Source: Candidatus Pelagibacter ubique HTCC1062
GTDB taxonomy: Bacteria; Pseudomonadota; Alphaproteobacteria; Pelagibacterales; Pelagibacteraceae
Length of the DNA: 32,000 bases
Reading direction: 5' to 3'
Assembly: GCF_000012345.1 (NCBI RefSeq)
Contig: NC_007205.1
Location: 1,200,001-1,232,000 of the forward strand
Made by a program: the position numbers and the translations under genes. The stretch's first letter is position 1. Every line of letters starts with the position of its first letter. This document shows, one piece after another, positions 26,064 through 32,000 of the stretch. The notes below the pieces were generated by a model, which was not told the DNA's origin, made no database searches, and worked only from the letters and a program-made list of their open reading frames with translations.

Positions 26064-27395
26064 TTATAGGTACTTATTTGGAAGATAAGTTGCAATTTGA
26101 GGAAAAACCATAACCAAAATCAATGCTAAGAGCATCACTAAGAGAAACGGTGTAATAGATTTATAAATATCAGATAAAGTTATTTCTTTTGGTGCCATTG
26201 CTCTCATAAGAAATAAATTATAACCAAACGGAGGGGTCATATATGCAATCTGACATGTAATTGTGTAAAGAACGCCGTACCAGATTGGATCGAATCCCAA
26301 TGAGATAATTAGAGGTACATAAAGTGGCGCCACTATAACTAACATCGCCGTATCATCTAAAAACATTCCCATAAATATATAGGAAAGTTGCATCATAATT
26401 AAAACTCCCCAAGGAGTTAAATGCCATCTTTCTATAAATAAAGTTTCAATTGCACGCGCAGCACCAAGACCATCAAATACCGCTCCAAAACATAGTGCAG
26501 CTAATATTATCCACATAAACATGCAAGAAACACCAAGAGTTTTTCTAAGTGTTGTATCAAGAACTTTTCGAGTAAATCTTTTTTTGTAAATGGATGCTAA
26601 AGTTGCAAGTAAAGCACCTACAGCAGAGCATTCAACTAAGCTTGCAATACCCATTAAGAATAATCCAGTCATAGACATGAATATTACAAATGGAATTATT
26701 CCAGCTGTTAAAAGTTTTAGTTTTTCTTTAAGTGGAATATTTCTTTCTTTTTCACTTAATACAGGACCTAATTCAGGTTGAAGACGACATCTTACATAAA
26801 TATAAATTATAAATAAGGTAGCCATTAAAAGGCCTGGTAAAAGTCCTGCAAGCCAAAGTTTACTTACTGGTTGACGTGCGATCATACCATAAAGAACCAT
26901 CACAACACTTGGAGGTATTAAAATTCCTAACGAACTTCCTGCTTGAACGACACCAGTAATCATTCTTTTATCATAATTACGTTTTAACATTTCAGGGAGA
27001 GCAATAGTTGCTCCAATCGCCATACCAGCAACACTTAATCCATTCATAGCTGAAATTCCAACCATCATGAACATTGTACCAATTGCTAAGCCTCCTTTTA
27101 TTCCACCAAAAAATACATGGAACATTTTATATAAATCGCTAGCAATACCTGACTCTGAAATCATAAAACCCATGTAAATAAAAAGTGGAAGCGTAAGCAT
27201 TGGATACCACTTAAAAAGTTTCCATGTAGCCGTATATGGCATTTCAATAGCTCCATTTCCCCAAACTAATAATGCTGAAATAACAGCCACAAATCCAATT
27301 GCACCAAACACTCTTTGACCAGTAAACATCATTGCCAACATCGTTATGAACATGAACAATGCAATAAATTCATAACTTAGATATTGAGCGAGCAT
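26064..27395 (-). CDS. TRAP transporter large permease (DctM)
   Basis: 443-aa polytopic membrane ORF whose ATG overlaps the dctQ stop (TAATG at 27393-27397). Length and hydrophobic pattern are typical of DctM. Confidence 0.9.
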   Translation of the reverse strand: MLAQYLSYEFIALFMFITMLAMMFTGQRVFGAIGFVAVISALLVWGNGAIEMPYTATWKLFKWYPMLTLPLFIYMGFMISESGIASDLYKMFHVFFGGIKGGLAIGTMFMMVGISAMNGLSVAGMAIGATIALPEMLKRNYDKRMITGVVQAGSSLGILIPPSVVMVLYGMIARQPVSKLWLAGLLPGLLMATLFIIYIYVRCRLQPELGPVLSEKERNIPLKEKLKLLTAGIIPFVIFMSMTGLFLMGIASLVECSAVGALLATLASIYKKRFTRKVLDTTLRKTLGVSCMFMWIILAALCFGAVFDGLGAARAIETLFIERWHLTPWGVLIMMQLSYIFMGMFLDDTAMLVIVAPLYVPLIISLGFDPIWYGVLYTITCQIAYMTPPFGYNLFLMRAMAPKEITLSDIYKSITPFLLVMLLALILVMVFPQIATYLPNKYL

Positions 27396-27904
27396 TATAT
27401 TTTAATACCTTTAATTTTTGCGATATCTTTAATTAACATTGAAAAAGCTTGTAATAACATCAAGAGTATACCCAGTAACATCAAAGATTTTATGGGCCAA
27501 AGATAAGGCGCCCAAGCAGTAAAAAGTTTTTGTTTGTATTCCAATGTATATTGTAAACTTGAAATAGAGCCATAAAGAAGAACTACCAAGAAAAAAATCA
27601 AGAAAATACTTGTAAAAACATCCATTTTAGCTTTACCTTTTGCAGATAGTTTCCCATAGAATAAATCCATTCTAACATGATCATCAGTAATCATCGAGTA
27701 ACCACCCCCAAGTAAATAATACGCTGTAAGAGTAAATTGAGCCATCTCTATAATCCACATTAAAGGATAGTTAATAATGTTTCTCGTAACGAAAGATAAT
27801 ATTAAAAGAAACATCATAAAAAAAACACCGTACATTACAAATCTGCCAACTTTGACACAAATGTTGTCTATTATATTTACATAAATTGAAAATATTTTTG
27901 GCAT
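27395..27904 (-). CDS. TRAP transporter small permease (DctQ)
   Basis: 169-aa ORF with four hydrophobic helices, immediately upstream of and overlapping dctM. Confidence 0.8.
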   Translation of the reverse strand: MPKIFSIYVNIIDNICVKVGRFVMYGVFFMMFLLILSFVTRNIINYPLMWIIEMAQFTLTAYYLLGGGYSMITDDHVRMDLFYGKLSAKGKAKMDVFTSIFLIFFLVVLLYGSISSLQYTLEYKQKLFTAWAPYLWPIKSLMLLGILLMLLQAFSMLIKDIAKIKGIKI

Positions 27905-27910
27905 AAATTT

Positions 27911-28105
27911 CTAATTTTTATTTTTTTTAATTTCTTCTTCACAAAATTTTTTAGCTTCCGCAAGATCAGTAATTTTAGATTTAGATAGTTTTTGGCTTCC
28001 AGCTAAACAGGCATCTACTGCTCTTTTAAGATTATGGTCGCTAAAATTTAAAATAACCACCATTCCAAGTATTATAAAAACAAATATTAATATATTTTTT
28101 ACCAT
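27911..28105 (-). CDS. Small membrane-anchored protein (64 aa)
   Basis: N-terminal TM helix (ILIFVFIILGMVVILNF) and a charged C-terminal tail with two Cys. Its ATG is embedded in the last codons of the upstream gene (CAATGGTAA) and its stop lies 6 nt before dctQ. Confidence 0.45.
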   Translation of the reverse strand: MVKNILIFVFIILGMVVILNFSDHNLKRAVDACLAGSQKLSKSKITDLAEAKKFCEEEIKKNKN

Positions 28106-29127
28106 TGAATTTCTAATTTCTTATTATCGCATATAGTATTTAACATACTAAACATTAATGGAAAATGTTTAGAATTAAGATCTTGTAAAATTTTAGGACC
28201 AATTTCCAATGCAAGTTGTGCACCTTCAACTGTAATATTTTTCATAAATTTTTCTTTAGCTTCTTTATAAAGGTATCCTTCACCTAAATATTTTCCCATC
28301 AAGCTATTTCTTCCTCCTATTGCACTAACATACAAATCACCTAAACCAGCTAGGCCATAAACAGTTTCAGGTCTTCCTCCATAGAAAGAAACAAACTCAA
28401 CCATTTCAGATATTGATCTATGAATTAATGAGGCTGATGTATTTAAATAGTATTTAGATTGAATTTCTTTAGGTGCTTTTGAATTACTTAACCCTTCTGA
28501 GGCTCCAATTAACATAGAATAAATATTTTTAATTGCACCTGATAATTCAATGCCAGTTAAGTCATCTGATACTTCTGTTGAATAGTAATCTGTTGATATA
28601 ATTTTTTTTAATTTTTCAGTTTCTTTGATATCTGGGTTTGCAATAACTGTGCCTGTCCTCATTTTATATGCAAGACCTGCTGCCAAACAGGGTCCTTTAA
28701 TCGCTGAAATATTTACTTGTGTATGACCTTCATCTTTGAGAAGTTTTTTAATTTTATCTGAAAGTGTTATTAATTCATTACCCTCAATAGCCAGGCCTTT
28801 GGTTAATAAAATAATGGGAAGATTTTTTTTGTAGCTCTTTGTAATTTGCTTAACAAACCATTCAATTCCTACCGAGCTAACTCCAGCAACCATGATGTCT
28901 ACTCCCTCTTCAAGTATTGATTGTAATTTTTCAAATTTTTCTACCTTCAATTTTGATGGTAATTCAATATTTAAAGCTGGATGAAGATTGTTATTAGATT
29001 TAATATTATTTATTAAATCATCTTCTAAATGCGTACCAACGAGTGTTACCTCATTTTGGTTTTCAAGACATGGTACAGCAAAAGCTGATCCCATTGCTCC
29101 AGCACCAATAATAATAATTTTTTTCAT
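28099..29127 (-). CDS. gpsA: NAD(P)H-dependent glycerol-3-phosphate dehydrogenase-family protein
   Basis: 342-aa ORF with N-terminal Rossmann KIIIIGAGAMGSAFA plus GpsA-family blocks LLTKGL, IKGPCLA, SGAIKNIY, GLGDLYVS, GGRNS and VEGAQ seen by eye. It is the first gene of the TRAP operon. Confidence 0.7.
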   Translation of the reverse strand: MKKIIIIGAGAMGSAFAVPCLENQNEVTLVGTHLEDDLINNIKSNNNLHPALNIELPSKLKVEKFEKLQSILEEGVDIMVAGVSSVGIEWFVKQITKSYKKNLPIILLTKGLAIEGNELITLSDKIKKLLKDEGHTQVNISAIKGPCLAAGLAYKMRTGTVIANPDIKETEKLKKIISTDYYSTEVSDDLTGIELSGAIKNIYSMLIGASEGLSNSKAPKEIQSKYYLNTSASLIHRSISEMVEFVSFYGGRPETVYGLAGLGDLYVSAIGGRNSLMGKYLGEGYLYKEAKEKFMKNITVEGAQLALEIGPKILQDLNSKHFPLMFSMLNTICDNKKLEIQW

Positions 29128-29206
29128 AATTTAGTATTTTTTTATATTAATTTTTAGCATTTTGTTGGTAAAGTACAGTTATAAATTTATAGAGAGAGAT
29201 GATATT

Positions 29207-30538
29207 ATGACAAAAGTAGCTATTATTGGTGCTGGCCCTTGTGGTTTGTCCGCTTTAAGATCCTTTGAACAAGCAGAAAAAAATGGTGAAAAAATACCTG
29301 AAATAGTTTGTTTTGATAAGCAAGAAGATTGGGGAGGATTATGGAATTACAGTTGGAGAACTGGATCTGATCAATACGGTGACCCTGTACCTAATAGTAT
29401 GTATCGATATCTTTGGTCAAACGGCCCTAAAGAATGTTTAGAATTTGCTGACTACTCATTTGATGAACACTTTGGAAAACCAATTCCTTCTTTTCCACCT
29501 AGAGCAGTTTTATATGATTATATTTTAGGTAGAGTTAAAAAGGGAAATATAAAATCTAAAATAAAATTTAACACCTCTGTTACTAATGTTTCTTATGTAA
29601 ACAGTAACTTTGAGGTTACTTATCGAGATAAAAAAAATGACAAAATTTCGAAAGATATTTTTGATTACGTAATTGTATCTACTGGTCATTTTTCGGTTCC
29701 ATTCATCCCAGAATATCCTGGAATGAAATCATTTCCTGGAAGAATAATGCATTCTCATGATTTTAGAGATGCAGAAGAATTTCGAGGCAAGAATGTTGTT
29801 GTTTTAGGAAGTAGTTATTCTGCTGAAGATGTTGCTCTTCAGTGTCATAAGTATGGGGCAAAAAGTGTTACTATTGGTTATAGACACAATCCAATGGGAT
29901 TTAAATGGCCCAAAGGTATGAAAGAAGTTTTTCATCTAGATAGACTTGAGGGGAATAAGGCAATATTTAAAGATGGCCACGTGCAAGAAGCAGATGCTGT
30001 AATTTTATGTACTGGATATCTTCATCATTTCCCTTTTATATCTGAAGATCTTAAATTAAAAACTGGCAATAGATTGTATCCACCAATGCTATACAAAGGT
30101 GTAGTTTGGCAAAATAATCACAAATTAATGTATTTAGGTATGCAAGATCAATTTCATACTTTTAATATGTTTGATTGTCAGGCTTGGTTTGCAAGGGATG
30201 TTATAATGGGAAAAATTAAAGTTCCAAATGACTCTGAAATTGAAAAAGATATTAATAAATGGGTATCAATGGAAGAAAAATTGGAAAATCCTGAACAAAT
30301 GATAGATTTTCAAACTGAGTACACCAAAGAACTTCATGATTTATCTGATTATCCTAAAATTAATTTTGAATTAATTAGAAAAACTTTTAAAGAATGGGAA
30401 CATCATAAAGTGGAAAATATAATGACTTATAGAAATAAATCATTTGCTTCACCAGTGACAGGCTCTGTTGGACCAATTCACCATACACCATGGGAAGAAG
30501 CTATGGATGACTCTTTAAAAACATTTTTAAATAAATAA
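29207..30538 (+). CDS. tmm: Flavin-containing monooxygenase, trimethylamine monooxygenase type
   Basis: FAD motif VAIIGAGPCG, FMO-identifying motif FPGRIMHSHDF (FxGxxxHxxxF/Y) and NADPH motif GSSYSA. The block DKQEDWGGLWNYSWRTG is characteristic of bacterial Tmm. I prefer the ATG at 29207 to the TTG at 29162. Confidence 0.85.
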   Translation: MTKVAIIGAGPCGLSALRSFEQAEKNGEKIPEIVCFDKQEDWGGLWNYSWRTGSDQYGDPVPNSMYRYLWSNGPKECLEFADYSFDEHFGKPIPSFPPRAVLYDYILGRVKKGNIKSKIKFNTSVTNVSYVNSNFEVTYRDKKNDKISKDIFDYVIVSTGHFSVPFIPEYPGMKSFPGRIMHSHDFRDAEEFRGKNVVVLGSSYSAEDVALQCHKYGAKSVTIGYRHNPMGFKWPKGMKEVFHLDRLEGNKAIFKDGHVQEADAVILCTGYLHHFPFISEDLKLKTGNRLYPPMLYKGVVWQNNHKLMYLGMQDQFHTFNMFDCQAWFARDVIMGKIKVPNDSEIEKDINKWVSMEEKLENPEQMIDFQTEYTKELHDLSDYPKINFELIRKTFKEWEHHKVENIMTYRNKSFASPVTGSVGPIHHTPWEEAMDDSLKTFLNK

Positions 30539-30570
30539 AAGATTTATTATCTAGTTTAAGAGAATATTAG

Positions 30571-32000
30571 CTATCCTATACCAAGGTGTTTTTTTCTTTT
30601 CCCAACCCACGTTCTGATTAAATGGTCAAATATTAGGCCAATAAAAGCAACACAAAGTCCCAATGTCAATCCTATACCTGCACCCTTTTTATCAGATAGA
30701 GCTTTTAGAATGTACTGTCCTAAATCTTCTGTTCCAATAAAAGCCCCAATAATTACCATGAACAAAGCAAATACAATTGTTTGATTTAAACCAAGCATCA
30801 TGTGAGGAAAAGCTAAAGGGAATTCAATTTTTAATAACCTTTGTACTTTATTTACACCTGACATTGTGGCAGCGTCATGTAAAGCTTCTGGAACACTTCT
30901 TAAACCTTCAATAGTATACCTTGTTGCAGGTATAGTTGCATAAACTATTACAGCAATTAATACTGAAGTATCTGTAACTCCAAAAAGCATCATCACAGGA
31001 ATCAAGTATACAAACGAAGGGAAGGTTTGAAAGATATCACAAACGCCCAGCATAAAATTTGCAGTATGCTTGTTTTGAAATGATATAATTCCAACTGTAA
31101 ATCCAATTATAGTGGATATAAAAACTCCAAAAGTTGCCATGTACAATGTAACTAAAGCTCTATCCCACCAAGGACTCAATGCAATAAATAAAGTTAATCC
31201 GCCCACTACAAGAGCTGAACGAATTCCTCCAATTATATAACCCGCTCCAATGACTAAAACTAAAGTAGCAACTGCTGGCATTCTTAAATATAAAGCTCTC
31301 ATGGGTTGCAACACATCTACTATCAACCAAGTATTAAAAATCTTTAAAGTATGAAAGAAAGTATCCCAAATCCAATCCACACCTTTATTCCAAAAATCTG
31401 CTGTTGATATTCCTTTATTGTGAGGAACTTCAAATAAATAATTAGACCCATCTTTAAAATAAAATGACCCCAGATATGAAAAAATAATTCCTAGAATTAC
31501 AGCAGCTGCAAAAAATAATATATTTTTATTACGCTGAAAATAAGTCAAGTTACCAAAATAATCTATTTGCTTATTTGCCCAAGCTAAGGACATCTTATCC
31601 AAAAGTATTGCAATCAAACTAATACATAAACCAGCCTCTAATGCTAATCCAATATTTAGCTGGTTTAATGCTAATAATAAATTAAACCCTAAACCTTTTG
31701 CTCCTATAAAAGCTGAAATAACTGCCATAGAAAAACACACCATTATGACCTGGTTAACTCCAATTAAAATATCTCTTCTAGCAGTAGGAATTAATACTTT
31801 AGTCATCAGTTGCCAATTATTACACCCACTCATTCTACCAGCCTCAATAACCTCAGAGGGTATTCCTCTTAGACCTAACAAGGTTAATAATATCATTGGT
31901 GGAACCGCTACAACCATAGTTATAATAACTGCAGCATGATCACCAATGCCAAAAAGAACAATTGCAGGAACTAATACTGCGTATTGAGGCATAGTTTGCA
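30571..32000 (-). CDS. Fused two-domain ABC transporter permease of the glycine betaine/choline/TMAO (ProW/OpuAB/TmoW-like) type; 5' end outside the window
   Basis: Two ABC transmembrane-domain repeats, each with an EAA-type loop (EAGRMSGCNNWQLMTKVLIPTARRDI and DAATMSGVNKVQRLLKIEFPLAFPHM). The frame stays open through position 32000, and the first repeat begins mid-domain, so the gene is truncated by the window. Confidence 0.85.
   Translation of the reverse strand, partial: QTMPQYAVLVPAIVLFGIGDHAAVIITMVVAVPPMILLTLLGLRGIPSEVIEAGRMSGCNNWQLMTKVLIPTARRDILIGVNQVIMVCFSMAVISAFIGAKGLGFNLLLALNQLNIGLALEAGLCISLIAILLDKMSLAWANKQIDYFGNLTYFQRNKNILFFAAAVILGIIFSYLGSFYFKDGSNYLFEVPHNKGISTADFWNKGVDWIWDTFFHTLKIFNTWLIVDVLQPMRALYLRMPAVATLVLVIGAGYIIGGIRSALVVGGLTLFIALSPWWDRALVTLYMATFGVFISTIIGFTVGIISFQNKHTANFMLGVCDIFQTFPSFVYLIPVMMLFGVTDTSVLIAVIVYATIPATRYTIEGLRSVPEALHDAATMSGVNKVQRLLKIEFPLAFPHMMLGLNQTIVFALFMVIIGAFIGTEDLGQYILKALSDKKGAGIGLTLGLCVAFIGLIFDHLIRTWVGKRKKHLGIG

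Noticed and set aside
29162-29206. TTG-initiated 15-codon extension of tmm (MLVKYSYKFIERDDI).
   Set aside because: The FAD-binding beta-strand of flavin monooxygenases starts within a few residues of the N-terminus. The ATG at 29207 (MTKVAIIGAGPCG) fits this, so the extension is probably an artefact of longest-ORF calling.
1786-31939. Eighteen 60-118-aa ORFs from the track lie antisense to, and wholly inside or largely overlapping, long well-supported genes. They are 1786-2010, 4686-5042, 7757-7945, 11008-11217, 11732-12031, 12071-12256, 13108-13341, 13987-14193, 15801-16019, 16701-16883, 18977-19219, 20037-20234, 21247-21438, 24289-24495, 24881-25072, 25199-25423, 26590-26781 and 31745-31939.
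   Set aside because: Each is a shadow frame of a gene with clear family motifs on the opposite strand. Their translations are low-complexity (Phe/Ile/Leu/Ser-rich) with no motifs, and there is no independent start context. They are treated as non-coding.
1-32000. Search by eye for CRISPR repeats, tRNA/rRNA genes, IS elements/transposases/integrases, phage genes, toxin-antitoxin pairs or known defence-system architectures.
   Set aside because: I found no regularly spaced direct repeats, cloverleaf-like GC-rich segments, recombinase or transposase motifs, or composition shifts. The window looks like native, vertically inherited chromosome rather than an accessory island.

Overview
The window is a visibly AT-rich, very gene-dense bacterial chromosome segment. 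I support 36 protein-coding genes, two of them cut by the window edges. I saw no rRNA, tRNA, CRISPR array, IS element, integrase or recognisable defence/toxin-antitoxin module. Composition, 1-8 nt start/stop overlaps, near-absence of intergenic DNA and gene content (tmm, soxBDAG, fhs, a GcvT/DmdA-type demethylase, a COG4663-like TRAP transporter) suggest a streamlined marine alphaproteobacterium of the SAR11/Pelagibacterales type. That assignment is inference, not a database result.

Most of the window relates to methylated-amine, osmolyte and one-carbon oxidation:
- Rieske oxygenase (49-1242).
- MTHFR-like plus GcvT-family pair (1343-3422).
- Heterotetrameric sarcosine oxidase soxBDAG (13722-18827).
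- Formate-THF ligase (18954-20639).
- Divergent Fe-ADH/GATase and ALDH/SDR pairs (20643-24802).
- TRAP transporter operon led by a GpsA-family dehydrogenase (24850-29127).
- Trimethylamine monooxygenase (29207-30538).
- Fused betaine-type ABC permease (30571-32000).

Housekeeping and other genes lie between these: purEK, a GNAT, a cold-shock protein, an alpha/beta hydrolase, a cupin, an Asp/Glu-type racemase and an EamA transporter.

The best candidate for an undescribed system is the translationally coupled four-gene operon at 4114-7514 on the minus strand. It encodes an M19-fold hydrolase that appears to lack three of five canonical metal ligands, a 550-aa orphan, a 203-aa orphan and a 4-Cys zinc-ribbon micro-protein. 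Secondary candidates are the MTHFR-like/GcvT-like demethylase pair of unknown substrate, the ADH-GATase/ALDH-SDR cluster, and two unannotated or small membrane micro-ORFs coupled to membrane-protein genes. No transcription factor is recognisable anywhere in the 32 kb.
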